A stretch of DNA of 64,000 nucleotides from NCBI GenBank assembly GCA_003216075.1, contig QCJK01000004.1, positions 63,837 through 127,836 of the forward strand. Direction: 5' to 3'. Made by a program: the position numbers and the translations under genes. The notes under the pieces are model-generated. The model saw nothing but the letters and a program-made list of their open reading frames with translations. It was not told where the DNA came from and ran no database searches. This document shows, one piece after another, positions 9,981 to 21,192 of the stretch (the first letter of the stretch is position 1; the number at the start of each line of letters is the position of its first letter). This DNA is from Prochlorococcus sp. AG-409-B05 (GTDB taxonomy: Bacteria > Cyanobacteriota > Cyanobacteriia > PCC-6307 > Cyanobiaceae).

Positions 9981-11312
9981 GTGACTTTGCGACTTTTACT
10001 TGTTCGTCATGGCCTGAGCAGCTTCAATCGTGAGCACAGGATTCAAGGACGTAATGATTCTTCTACTCTGACAGTTGAAGGAAAGCAACAAGCCAGTCAA
10101 TTAGGCAAAGCACTGGCTGATCTAAAAATGGACGCTGTTTACAGCTCACCACTTCAACGAGCCGCTGACACAGCAAAATATTTACTTAAAGAGCATGCCA
10201 ATTCATACAAACCTATCTTTGATGATGAACTAATGGAAATAGATTTAGGACTATGGAGTGGTTTGACAATTAATGAAGTCAAAGAAAAGTTCCCAGAGGA
10301 ATACAATACTTGGAAACAAAAACCCAACGATCTCACTCTCAAAAGAGAAGATGGTAATCCATATCGGCCAATTGAAGAATTACTTACCCAAGCCAGTACG
10401 TTCCTGAAGAAACTTCTAACTAGGCATTCTCCATCCAAAGATGGAACTATATTAATAGTTGGACATAATGCAATACTGAGATGTTTAATACTAAGCTTAA
10501 TTGGAAATAAAGGTGAGGCTTTTAGAAGACTTCAATTAGACAATACTTCTTTATCAGTATTTAATGTCAAACCTCATTCATTTAATTCCTATCAAGTTCA
10601 ACTTGAATGCCTAAATAATACAACACATCTAGAACCAAGTTTGCCTTTAAATAAAAAATATGCTCGGCTAATATTGGTTCGGCATGGAGAAACCGACTGG
10701 AATCAGCAAGGCCGTTTTCAAGGACAGATTGATATCCCCCTCAATCAAAATGGTTTATCTCAGGCCACTGCAGCAAGACATTTTCTAAGTTCACAAAAAA
10801 TAAATCGAGCTTATAGCAGCTCTATGACTAGGCCAATGCAAACAGCACAAGAAATACTGAAATCCCATCCTGGAATCAAATTAGAATCCAAAGAAGAGCT
10901 AATAGAAATAGGTCACGGATTGTGGGAGGGAAAACTTGAATCAGAAATAAAAACTACTTGGCCAAATCTTTTATTGGAATGGAAAAATTCACCCGAAAAG
11001 GTTCAAATGCCTGAAGGGGAAACCCTTCAGGAAGTATGGAATAGATCAGTCGAATGCTGGGAAGACATCTGTAGTGGTTTAGCCCCTAATGAGACCGCAC
11101 TTGTAGTTGCCCATGATGCAGTAAATAAAACAATTCTTTGCAATCTTTTAGGTCTCACCCCTTCTGATATTTGGATGGTAAAACAAGGAAATGGTTGCGT
11201 AACCATCATCGACATTTCTATTGATCCAAACCAACCTGATGTAGTGACATGTCTCAATATCACATCTCATCTAGGTGGCGTACTCGATCAAACAGCCAAG
11301 GGTGCATTATGA
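9981..11312 (+). CDS. Tandem histidine-phosphatase (phosphoglycerate mutase family) protein
   Basis: Two complete domains, each opening with the RHG catalytic motif: LLLVRHGLSSFN at the N-terminus and LILVRHGETDWN near residue 230. Each is followed by an HD/HN motif (VGHNAIL, VAHDAVN). GTG start. Confidence 0.85.
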   Translation: MTLRLLLVRHGLSSFNREHRIQGRNDSSTLTVEGKQQASQLGKALADLKMDAVYSSPLQRAADTAKYLLKEHANSYKPIFDDELMEIDLGLWSGLTINEVKEKFPEEYNTWKQKPNDLTLKREDGNPYRPIEELLTQASTFLKKLLTRHSPSKDGTILIVGHNAILRCLILSLIGNKGEAFRRLQLDNTSLSVFNVKPHSFNSYQVQLECLNNTTHLEPSLPLNKKYARLILVRHGETDWNQQGRFQGQIDIPLNQNGLSQATAARHFLSSQKINRAYSSSMTRPMQTAQEILKSHPGIKLESKEELIEIGHGLWEGKLESEIKTTWPNLLLEWKNSPEKVQMPEGETLQEVWNRSVECWEDICSGLAPNETALVVAHDAVNKTILCNLLGLTPSDIWMVKQGNGCVTIIDISIDPNQPDVVTCLNITSHLGGVLDQTAKGAL

Positions 11313-11313
11313 A

Positions 11314-12591
11314 ATGATGTCCAAATCCCTTCTTCTAGACCCAGTTCAAATTCTGTACGGATCTAATCAATCTGTAATTGAAGATGCCGTGTTAATTACA
11401 GACGGCATAATAAAAAGTTTTGGACAAGAGGCACGAGATCAAGGAAGCTGTATTGGCTTGGTCCCCCAAAAGGCCAGTCGCATGGTTTTTGCCCCTTGTC
11501 TTGTTGACCCTCACTCAATCCTTCAAGATCCAATAACCGGATACCCTGAAACACTTTCAAGCCTTAGGAAAGCTGCGGCTCATGCTGGATATGGACAATT
11601 AGCTCTACTTCCAAGAGGTTCATTATGGCGAGATCAAGCAGAAATGCTTCAAGGCTTTAGCAATCCCTTAAGCGATGTATTAATTCACTTATGGGGTAGC
11701 TTCAGTTGTAAAAGCAAAGGAGAAAAACTCGCTCCTCATGCAAGCCTGATTCAAAATGGTGCAATTGGAATAGCAGAAGATGAGGTTATACCACCAATTA
11801 ATCTTTTAAAACAAGGCTTAATTATCAACCAATTCGGTAGTTCACCGATACTTTTAGCCCCCAGAGATTCACAAATACAAGGGAATGGAATTGTACGCGA
11901 AGGGGTTGAAACATTACGATCTGGCTTTCCTCCAGACCCTTTGGCAAGCGAGTTAATTCCCCTTAGTCTACTTCTAGAACTATGTAAACAACACCCTGAT
12001 AATTCAATTCGTTTAATGAACATATCAACAGCAGCTGGGGCAAAAATGCTTGAGAAAGCAAAACCAACTCCAATGTCAAGTGTATGTTGGTGGCATTTGA
12101 TTACAGACAGAACAACTTTATCTCCTCTTGATATCGGTTGGAGAGTTTCTCCTTCATTAGGAAGTGGTGAAGATCGCAATGCATTAATCAAGGGGCTGCT
12201 AAAAGGGATCATTAGTGCTGTTTCCGTTCACGCCACTCCTTTGGACGATGAGGAAATTAAATCTCCATTAAATGAACAATTAGCAGGTGTAAGTGGACAT
12301 CATCTAGTACTTCCATGTTTATGGCAAGAATTAGTGGTCAAATCTGGCTTCACGATAGAACAACTTTGGGAAGCAATCAGTTTTGGCCCCTCTAAAATGC
12401 TGAAAGCTGATGAAGAATGCCTCCGCATAGGAAGCAGGCGTTGGTTATTATTTAATCCTGATGAATACTGGATCCAAGACCGTGAAGATAAATATTGCCC
12501 ATTAGCTGCCAATCAACCATTCCAAGGACAAAAAATGCTGGGTAGAGTCATAGCATGTGGTCTTAGAAATATAGATAACCAAAACGACTAA
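11314..12591 (+). CDS. Dihydroorotase-like amidohydrolase with degenerate metal ligands (probably non-catalytic PyrC'-like)
   Basis: Amidohydrolase-fold similarity (APCLVDPHSIL, SAVSVHATPLDDEE). The HxH motif is reduced to a single His (DPHS) and DHAPH reads VHATP. Start set at the first ATG after the upstream stop; the tracked ORF begins at 11275. Confidence 0.6.
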   Translation: MMSKSLLLDPVQILYGSNQSVIEDAVLITDGIIKSFGQEARDQGSCIGLVPQKASRMVFAPCLVDPHSILQDPITGYPETLSSLRKAAAHAGYGQLALLPRGSLWRDQAEMLQGFSNPLSDVLIHLWGSFSCKSKGEKLAPHASLIQNGAIGIAEDEVIPPINLLKQGLIINQFGSSPILLAPRDSQIQGNGIVREGVETLRSGFPPDPLASELIPLSLLLELCKQHPDNSIRLMNISTAAGAKMLEKAKPTPMSSVCWWHLITDRTTLSPLDIGWRVSPSLGSGEDRNALIKGLLKGIISAVSVHATPLDDEEIKSPLNEQLAGVSGHHLVLPCLWQELVVKSGFTIEQLWEAISFGPSKMLKADEECLRIGSRRWLLFNPDEYWIQDREDKYCPLAANQPFQGQKMLGRVIACGLRNIDNQND

Positions 12592-13240
12592 TTGGCCAAA
12601 ATCTCCAAATTGCTTTTCCTATGATTTGATCCTCAGGTAAAAAAGGACCTGCAGGCCAAAACCGACTATCCCAACTATTTTCTCTATTATCTCCTAAAAC
12701 CAAAACATGTCCATTTGGAACTTTGCCGGAATAAGTTGGGCATGAACTATCATCAAATCGATCCAAAAAGCAATAGTTTTTGACATAAGGTTCATCCATC
12801 CTGATGTTATTTATAATTACCTCACCTTGCGTATTGATCAATACTTTGTCTCCAGGAATGGCTACTACCCGCTTTATATATGCATCACATACTGGATCTC
12901 GAATCCCTGTGATTGATGCAACTATTGGGAAATTCAACACAGCACATTTAATTACAGATTTCTTCATATTTACACCTAGAATACGGTCAAATGAAAAAGG
13001 CGAGTTGAAAACAACTATTTCGCCTCTCTTTGGAGACCTTCTCTTTAAAGTAAGTTTCTCTATTAAAAGGCGATCATTTATTTGCAGACCAGGAAGCATG
13101 GATCCAGAAGGTATATATCTAGCTTCAAATATGTAATTACGAATACCTAGATATATAGTGAATGTCAAGAGGACAGGAGTCCAGAATTCTAGAAGATAAT
13201 TAGATGCTTTGTTATTATTCATTCTATCATTCAAATTCAT
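12563..13240 (-). CDS. lepB: Signal peptidase I
   Basis: N-terminal TM, catalytic SGSMLP (in IPSGSMLPGL) and the GDNRENSWDSRFWG-type box (GDNRENSWDSRFWP). Confidence 0.9.
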   Translation of the reverse strand: MNLNDRMNNNKASNYLLEFWTPVLLTFTIYLGIRNYIFEARYIPSGSMLPGLQINDRLLIEKLTLKRRSPKRGEIVVFNSPFSFDRILGVNMKKSVIKCAVLNFPIVASITGIRDPVCDAYIKRVVAIPGDKVLINTQGEVIINNIRMDEPYVKNYCFLDRFDDSSCPTYSGKVPNGHVLVLGDNRENSWDSRFWPAGPFLPEDQIIGKAIWRFWPISRFGYLYF

Positions 13241-13315
13241 TGGATCTTGATTTATACATAGGCAATAACCTATTCATACAACTAATATGCATAGAAAAAT
13301 TACATATGAACTTCA

Positions 13316-13678
13316 TTATATCAATAGATTATCTGTCCAAACCTTAATATTAAATCCTAACAAGATTTCCTGTTCATCTTTAACTAGAAAAGGACGTTTT
13401 ATCAACTTTCCATCTAAAGAAAGTGCCTCTAATGCCTCTTCATCATTCATAGATTTTACTACTGCAGCGCCAATCTGACGGTAACTCAATCCATTGGTAT
13501 TAAATAATTTCTTTCGCTCATCAACTTGGTCCATAGCATATCTAAGTATTTTTTTATCAGGAGGATGTTTAACAATGTCTTCTATATCATATTCAATATT
13601 ATTCTCACGAAGCCACTTAAGAGCCTTCCTGCAAGTAGAGCAAGATGCATAGCTGTAAACAAGAACTTTGGACTTCAT
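13316..13678 (-). CDS. ArsC/Spx-family (YffB-like) thioredoxin-fold protein
   Basis: 120 aa. N-terminal YSYASCSTCRKALKWL is typical of the ArsC/Spx family. Confidence 0.75.
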   Translation of the reverse strand: MKSKVLVYSYASCSTCRKALKWLRENNIEYDIEDIVKHPPDKKILRYAMDQVDERKKLFNTNGLSYRQIGAAVVKSMNDEEALEALSLDGKLIKRPFLVKDEQEILLGFNIKVWTDNLLI

Positions 13679-13727
13679 ATGATTTTTTAGTCCTAGCTGT
13701 AACTAGAATATTATTGAAAACGGAAGA

Positions 13728-14252
13728 TTAACCATCTACCTTACATTTCTTAGCAGCAATACAATCATCAAGCAAAGCTTGAACTGCATCAAAATCACGC
13801 CATCCATCAATAACAATTACCCTTCCTTCCAAACTTTTGTAAGTACGAAAAAATTCAGCAACATCTTCTAATTGATTTGGAGCAATTTGTCTAATACTGC
13901 TAATTGCGCTTTGACGAGGATCTGCAATAGGTACACATAGCAACTTCCCATCATATGCCCCAGAGTCATGCATATCTAGAACACCAATAGGCCTTGCCTT
14001 AATTAAACATCCAGCAAAAGTTGGTTCCTCCATTATTACCATTGCATCTAAAGGTGCACCATCTTCAGCAAGTGTATTTGGAATGAATCCGTAATCAAAA
14101 GGATACCTAACCGAAGAGTGAAGGACTCTATCCAACGCCATCACGCCCGCTTCAGCAAAATATTCATATTTATTCCTGCTTCCAGCGGGAATCTCCACTA
14201 CCAAGTTTACTAGTCCTGGCGAGGGAGATGGGGAGAGAGGACTTAGATCCAT
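13728..14252 (-). CDS. ppa: Inorganic pyrophosphatase, family I
   Basis: [43 protein letters not shown] and [10 protein letters not shown] match the soluble PPase active-site pattern. Confidence 0.9.
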   Translation of the reverse strand: MDLSPLSPSPSPGLVNLVVEIPAGSRNKYEYFAEAGVMALDRVLHSSVRYPFDYGFIPNTLAEDGAPLDAMVIMEEPTFAGCLIKARPIGVLDMHDSGAYDGKLLCVPIADPRQSAISSIRQIAPNQLEDVAEFFRTYKSLEGRVIVIDGWRDFDAVQALLDDCIAAKKCKVDG

Positions 14253-14493
14253 CTAATTCCAAAATAGTGGGACTAACGCTTTCCCTTCCAAAAGGCCTTT
14301 CAGTTATCACTGCAACGATAGGGATTCCAACCGTTGCTATTGCAATTGTCAAGCCAAGTAAAGTAATCGATGGACCATTCAAACTTAAAGGATCTTCATC
14401 ATCACTAGCCTGTACATCCTCCTTTAAAGATGATTTTGATGACCACTCAAACTCTTTAAAAGGTCTGGAGGCTGAAACTGGTTCGGAATCCAT
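14170..14493 (-). CDS. Hypothetical small membrane protein whose 3' end overlaps the ppa start
   Basis: 107-codon ORF with an acidic N-terminus and one clear TM helix ([21 protein letters not shown]). It overlaps ppa by 83 nt in another frame. The complementary strand is also open (14228..14503), so coding status is uncertain. Confidence 0.3.
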   Translation of the reverse strand: MDSEPVSASRPFKEFEWSSKSSLKEDVQASDDEDPLSLNGPSITLLGLTIAIATVGIPIVAVITERPFGRESVSPTILELDGSKSSLPISLARTSKLGSGDSRWKQE

Positions 14494-14625
14494 GCAGGGC
14501 TAAATGGAACAGTCTCAAGTAAAGAAAGAAATGAAGCTTTCATCCTGAGGGTGAATGTGGAAAAAGACTCTTCCAGGTAAAGGCCTTTTCTATTATCTCA
14601 TTAATAGAATTATTATGGAGAGTTT

Positions 14626-15117
14626 TTACGCAGCCTGTCGATCCGAGCTCTCTCTATGAGACTCAAACTCGACACGAGAATTTTTATTCATCCCCTCAAG
14701 TTGTGTTCTGATTACACGCAATTCTTCAAGAATAGAAGTTAAAACCTGCTGTGTTGCTGAAGAAGGTGAGTTTAAAACTTCAACGGTTACTTCTTTAATT
14801 CTAAGAACATCCTTTGCAAAACGAGCCACCTCATTTGGGTGAAATAAAAGAGGATCTTTTTGATCACTTCTATATTCAGGATTTAACTTCCTTGGATTAA
14901 AAGATTGATTAAGATTACGTGGGTCTGTATTTGTATACCTATATACAGATGCTCTTGAGCGATTCAAAGACTTCTGAACATCATCAACGCCTACTAACGA
15001 GTCAGAGTTAGCCATTGCAACATTAATATCTTTACTTATTTGATTACTTGAAGAGTAGTCCAATGTTGAAGCATTGACCGCCTCACTAAACATAATTACA
15101 ACCTCGAATGCCTTCAA
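14626..15117 (-). CDS. Hypothetical protein with a putative excisionase/MerR-like helix-turn-helix
   Basis: The segment VDDVQKSLNRSRASVYRY resembles HTH_17-type DNA-binding helices. An alternative ATG lies at 15093. No other motif recognised. Confidence 0.5.
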   Translation of the reverse strand: MKAFEVVIMFSEAVNASTLDYSSSNQISKDINVAMANSDSLVGVDDVQKSLNRSRASVYRYTNTDPRNLNQSFNPRKLNPEYRSDQKDPLLFHPNEVARFAKDVLRIKEVTVEVLNSPSSATQQVLTSILEELRVIRTQLEGMNKNSRVEFESHRESSDRQAA

Positions 15118-15241
15118 TCTTGAATGAAGTTAGCAGAGGAAAGTCATTCCTACTAAATCATTTTCAAAACGCAGGACAGTTTTACAATCGGACATATTTT
15201 GTATTAGATTTTGTACTCTCCACTCACCTACTTTTAAAACC

Positions 15242-17053
15242 ATGCGCGTCTCCCGCCTAATGCTGGTGACGCTGCGGGATGTTCCTGCTGACGCTGAGAT
15301 CACATCCCATCAGCTATTACTCCGAGGAGGCTACATCCGACGCATAGCAGCGGGCGTCTACGCATACATGCCAATGATGTGGAGGGTCCTCAACAAAATC
15401 ACATCCATAGTTCAAACCCGTATGGATGGTTCAGGGGCCCTGCAAACACTGTTGCCTCAATTACATCCAGCTGAACTGTGGGAGCGAAGTGGCCGATGGA
15501 AAGGCTACACAGCAGGAGAAGGAATAATGTTTAATCTCACAGATCGACAAAACAGAAATTTTGGCCTTGGTCCAACCCATGAAGAAGTAATAACAACAAT
15601 TATTAGTGAACTACTACATTCATATAAACAGTTACCTGTAAATCTATACCAAATTCAAACAAAATTCCGAGATGAAATCCGTCCAAGATTTGGATTAATG
15701 CGCAGTAGGGAATTCATCATGAAAGATGCATATTCCTTCCATTCACAGGAAATTGATCTAAAGGATACATACGAAAGAATGAACAAGACCTATAAAGAAA
15801 TATTTGCCGATTGTGGGATTAATACAGTGGCAGTATATGCAGATAGCGGCGCAATAGGAGGAGGGGCTTCTCAAGAATTTATGGTTACAGCAGATTCAGG
15901 CGAAGACTTGATTCTCACTAGTTCAGATGGATTATATGCAGCCAACCAAGAAAAAGCAGAGTCAAGACCACCTAAAGCAAATCCGCTAGATAAAGCTGAA
16001 GTAATCGAATTAGAAACACCAGATCAAATTACAATAGAAAGTCTATGCTCTACGCAAGAAATTCATCCATCTCAAATCGTAAAAGTAATATTAATGCTTG
16101 CGCTTAATGAAGACGAAACAACACAGCCTTTACTTATTGCAATAAGAGGAGATCAGGAAGTAAATGAAACCAAGTTAATGAATATGGCCACGAAAGAGAG
16201 TGGAAAAACAATTCTAGATATTGTACAAATAACACCAGATAAATTAAAAAGTCAAGGTCTAGAACAATGGCCTTTTGGTGCCATAGGGCCTGATCTAAAA
16301 GACAAGCTATTACATAATGCCAAGAGTTGGGAGAAGAGTTTTCTACGCTTAGTTGACAATAGTGCTGCCGATCTTGACTACTTCGTATGCGGAGCGAATA
16401 AAAAAGATACACATCGCAAGTTTGTTACTTGGGATTTACTAGATGTGTCGCCAATTAAAGTTGATATTCGTAAAGCAAAGGCTGGAGATCATTGTATCCA
16501 TGACCCAAAACAATACTTAAAAGAATGCAGAGGGATTGAAGTTGGCCATATATTTCAACTAGGTCAAAAATATTCAAAAGCTTTAAACGCAACTTTTACC
16601 AATGAAGAAGGAAAGCAGGAACCTTTTTGGATGGGTTGTTATGGCATAGGAATTTCTCGCCTAGCTCAAGCAGCCATAGAACAAAATAATGATAAAGAAG
16701 GTATTTGTTGGCCTATTTCAATAGCCCCATTCGAGGTCATCATTGTAATAGCAAATATGCAAGATATAAATCAGCAAACATTAGGTGAAAAAATTTATAG
16801 AGAGCTAAAAAGCCTCGGGATCGATGTCCTTATTGATGACAGAAATGAACGAGCAGGAGTGAAATTCAAGGATGCTGACTTAATAGGAATACCTTGGCGA
16901 CTTGTAGTCGGCAGAGAAGCTTCGTCGCAGCAAGTCGAACTAATGGAAAGATCCACCAAAAAATGCAAAATACTTGGTGCTGATATTGCCATAAAGAAAC
17001 TAATAAAAGAGATTTGTCAGTCAAAAACCTATTTGCGCACAGAATCCCTCTAG
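15242..17053 (+). CDS. proS: Prolyl-tRNA synthetase
   Basis: 603 aa with class II motifs (FRDEIRPRFGLMRSREFIMKDAYSF, GCYGIGISR) and an inserted editing domain. Confidence 0.95.
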   Translation: MRVSRLMLVTLRDVPADAEITSHQLLLRGGYIRRIAAGVYAYMPMMWRVLNKITSIVQTRMDGSGALQTLLPQLHPAELWERSGRWKGYTAGEGIMFNLTDRQNRNFGLGPTHEEVITTIISELLHSYKQLPVNLYQIQTKFRDEIRPRFGLMRSREFIMKDAYSFHSQEIDLKDTYERMNKTYKEIFADCGINTVAVYADSGAIGGGASQEFMVTADSGEDLILTSSDGLYAANQEKAESRPPKANPLDKAEVIELETPDQITIESLCSTQEIHPSQIVKVILMLALNEDETTQPLLIAIRGDQEVNETKLMNMATKESGKTILDIVQITPDKLKSQGLEQWPFGAIGPDLKDKLLHNAKSWEKSFLRLVDNSAADLDYFVCGANKKDTHRKFVTWDLLDVSPIKVDIRKAKAGDHCIHDPKQYLKECRGIEVGHIFQLGQKYSKALNATFTNEEGKQEPFWMGCYGIGISRLAQAAIEQNNDKEGICWPISIAPFEVIIVIANMQDINQQTLGEKIYRELKSLGIDVLIDDRNERAGVKFKDADLIGIPWRLVVGREASSQQVELMERSTKKCKILGADIAIKKLIKEICQSKTYLRTESL

Positions 17054-17077
17054 AGTTAATGAATCCGCATTGACATC

Positions 17078-17509
17078 ATGACTTCTGCCTTTCATCGCCT
17101 GCTCAAGAGGCTGATGGAGGCAGCCATAGCTATATGCCTTGGTTTATGCCTTTTATTCTTGCCCTTAAATGGCAGAGTTGATGCTGCACGTACATCTATG
17201 TCAGGCAAATATGTAGATGACACAATCTCAGTTGCCCGCAGTCTTCAAGAAACAATTGCCATTCCAAAAGATGCAGAGGGAAGAGAAACCGCTGAGGCCG
17301 AGGCTGTCTTCCTGATTACTGACTACATATCAAGATATCGAAATCGATCACAATTTAATGAGCTGGTTTCTTATACAACTATGCAGACCGCACTCAATGC
17401 AATGGCAGGTCATTACAAAAACTCCAATAGGCCTTTACCTGAAAAGCTTAAGGACCGTCTAAACCAGGAATTAGCCAAGGCAGAAAAAATCGTCGCTGAA
17501 GGAAGATAA
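17078..17509 (+). CDS. psb27: Photosystem II assembly lipoprotein Psb27
   Basis: Signal/lipobox-like N-terminus, then YVDDTISVARSLQETI and YTTMQTALNAMAGHYKNSNRPLPEKLKDRL, characteristic of Psb27. Confidence 0.8.
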   Translation: MTSAFHRLLKRLMEAAIAICLGLCLLFLPLNGRVDAARTSMSGKYVDDTISVARSLQETIAIPKDAEGRETAEAEAVFLITDYISRYRNRSQFNELVSYTTMQTALNAMAGHYKNSNRPLPEKLKDRLNQELAKAEKIVAEGR

Positions 17510-17521
17510 AATACTCTTTAA

Positions 17522-18913
<1,392 letters not shown>

Positions 18914-18971
18914 TAAAAATTTCAAGAAGTCATTTGCTAAAAATCACTAAAAAAACTTAACTTGCACTGCC

Positions 18972-19991
18972 ATGCCTATCAAATCTGATCTTGCTCACGC
19001 TCCATATGATGTGGTTGGTATAGGAAATGCAATTGTAGATATTCTTATTAAGACAAATGATTCTTTTTTGGAAATCAATAACCTAAAAAAAGGAAGCATG
19101 TCATTAATTGATGAAGATCAAGCTCAAAAACTTTATTTATCTATTGGTCCTGGAATTGAAAGCTCTGGCGGATCAGCAGCAAATACACTCGCAGGCATAG
19201 CTCAATTAGGAGGTAAAGCGGGCTTCATTGGTCGTGTGAAAGATGACCAACTAGGAAAAATATTTACTAATGATATTTGTTCAGTGGGTGCTTTTTTTAA
19301 CACGCCAGCAGCAAAGAATGGTCCGTCAACTGCACGCTGCATAATTTTTGTCACGCCTGATGCACAACGAACAATGTGTACATATCTAGGTGCTTCCGTA
19401 ATGCTTGAACCTGAGAATCTCAACCTTTCAATGGTCAAACAAGCCAAAGTTCTATATTTAGAGGGCTATTTATGGGACAATTCTTCAGCAAAAAATGCTT
19501 TCATTTTCGGAGCAAAGACCTGTAAAGAGTCTGGCGGTCAAGTAGCACTTTCTCTTTCAGATTCTTTTTGCGTAGAACGTCATAGAAAAAGCTTTATCGA
19601 ACTAGTTGATAACCATATAGACATCCTTTTTGCAAACGATGCTGAAATCAAAGCTCTATATCAAGTCAAGCAATTAGAATCAGCTCTAGACATAATAAAA
19701 GGTCGTTGCAATGTTGCAGTAATTACAAAAGGTGAGCAAGGGTCTGTAATCCTAACTGAAGAAAATCTCTGGGAAATTGAATCCTACAAGTTTGGACCAG
19801 TAATAGATACTACTGGAGCTGGAGATCTCTATGCAGGTGGATTCCTTTATGGTTATACACAAGGCGAAGAACTTTTAAAATGTGGGCACTACGGATCTAT
19901 TTGTGCTGGAAAAATAGTTACTCAAATCGGTCCAAGGTCGAATAATGACTTGAAAACCTTATTGGATAAAGCTCGAATAAGTATTTCCTAA
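18972..19991 (+). CDS. PfkB-family carbohydrate/nucleoside kinase (adenosine-kinase-like)
   Basis: GGSAANT near the N-terminus and the PfkB signature DTTGAGDLYAGGFLYG near the C-terminus. Confidence 0.8.
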   Translation: MPIKSDLAHAPYDVVGIGNAIVDILIKTNDSFLEINNLKKGSMSLIDEDQAQKLYLSIGPGIESSGGSAANTLAGIAQLGGKAGFIGRVKDDQLGKIFTNDICSVGAFFNTPAAKNGPSTARCIIFVTPDAQRTMCTYLGASVMLEPENLNLSMVKQAKVLYLEGYLWDNSSAKNAFIFGAKTCKESGGQVALSLSDSFCVERHRKSFIELVDNHIDILFANDAEIKALYQVKQLESALDIIKGRCNVAVITKGEQGSVILTEENLWEIESYKFGPVIDTTGAGDLYAGGFLYGYTQGEELLKCGHYGSICAGKIVTQIGPRSNNDLKTLLDKARISIS

Positions 19992-20323
19992 GAACTAGTA
20001 ACTTCGTCTATCCATTGTCTATACGAATCACTTGCAGAAAAAAAGCCAAAAATGACTTCCGGGTTCTCATAGCTACTTAACTTTTTAATAGCAGAAACCA
20101 GCTTCTTTTGTTTAAAACTTGAGGTTTTTATTAAAAGTTGTACCTCTTTCTGATGCTGCAACTTTCCATCCCACCAATAATGAGAATCAACCTCCTTTAA
20201 ACTCACACAAGCTGCCAACTTGTCTTGCAATATTGACTTTGAAAGTTCCTCAGCCTTAATTTTATTTGATTCTGTAGTGAAAACAATAACAAGATCGGAT
20301 TTAGAAGAAAGATTATTCGACAT
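19988..20323 (-). CDS. cutA: Divalent-cation tolerance protein CutA
   Basis: 111 aa. LAACVSL..., SHYWWDGKL, LIKTS and YENPEVI are typical of CutA1. Its 3' end overlaps the pfkB-family gene by 4 nt (convergent). Confidence 0.8.
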   Translation of the reverse strand: MSNNLSSKSDLVIVFTTESNKIKAEELSKSILQDKLAACVSLKEVDSHYWWDGKLQHQKEVQLLIKTSSFKQKKLVSAIKKLSSYENPEVIFGFFSASDSYRQWIDEVTSS

Positions 20324-20356
20324 AACAATTTTGAGAAGCCAGTTTATATGATCAAA

Positions 20357-21178
20357 TTATTTACGTAATGAAACCCTAGCCACTAATTCGTTAACACTGT
20401 TCACAACCTCAATGTTCCCAAGTTGTAATGGCCTACGAACTAAACAAAGGTCAATCTTCAATTCGCCACATATTTGTTGCCATGTTTCCTGAGTCACTCC
20501 ACCAGATTGACGACAGACCACATAATCTATAGACCACTTTTTACAAAGCGCCAACTCCAACTCTCCCAATGAAGTTCCACCTAAAGGTCTAAACATTGCG
20601 ACTTGTGTTTCTGAAAGTGGGCAAGAAATAGCCTGCACAAAACTTGATGGATTAGGCAATATACGTACAAAAACATTGGCGCCTGCGATGCGAGCTGCCC
20701 CAACAGCTTCTTTAAGATGCCTTGATCCAATTGCAAGTAATAAATTTCTATCCTTCAAGTTTTGATTAGCCAGTTCTCTTGTTGTGTTTATCAAATTTGC
20801 TCCTTTAAGAGAAAAAACTGGCCTGTCAAAACGAAGTAAAGGTTGGCCAAATATTGCACAAGCATTCTGCAAATCAGATGTGATAACTAGTGCAAATGGA
20901 TGAGTAGCATCTATTACCCAATCAAATTTTTTTTTCAAAACCTTAGCTTTATTGAGAATACGACTAATCCCCTCTATTCCATCTATAGGACCAATCCAAA
21001 TATCCTCTAAAGAGAGATGCTCATAAGACAATGCGGCCGCCTCAGACACAACACTCACACTTATCTTCCAACCCTGGTCTATCAAGGCTTTCGCCAAGAT
21101 AGGTCCCTCTCCAGTCCCACCAAGGATCCACAGATACCTATGGTCATTATTTGCTTGGTGCATCAAGATAACGCTCAA
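20357..21178 (-). CDS. cobK: Precorrin-6A/cobalt-precorrin-6A reductase
   Basis: N-terminal LWILGGTGEG, length 273 aa and C-terminal VCRQSGG-type motif (YVVCRQSGGVTQE). Confidence 0.75.
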   Translation of the reverse strand: MSVILMHQANNDHRYLWILGGTGEGPILAKALIDQGWKISVSVVSEAAALSYEHLSLEDIWIGPIDGIEGISRILNKAKVLKKKFDWVIDATHPFALVITSDLQNACAIFGQPLLRFDRPVFSLKGANLINTTRELANQNLKDRNLLLAIGSRHLKEAVGAARIAGANVFVRILPNPSSFVQAISCPLSETQVAMFRPLGGTSLGELELALCKKWSIDYVVCRQSGGVTQETWQQICGELKIDLCLVRRPLQLGNIEVVNSVNELVARVSLRK

Positions 21179-21192
21179 ATCAAAAAAAGAAA

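Noticed and set aside
15196-15215. Direct repeat ATTTTGTA-N4-ATTTTGTA about 27 nt upstream of proS, considered as an HLR1/RpaB- or Pho-box-like site.
   Set aside because: The period is 12 nt rather than 10-11 nt, and the core (TACAAAAT on the other strand) is only a partial match to TTACAA. In AT-rich promoter DNA it is easily a chance occurrence.
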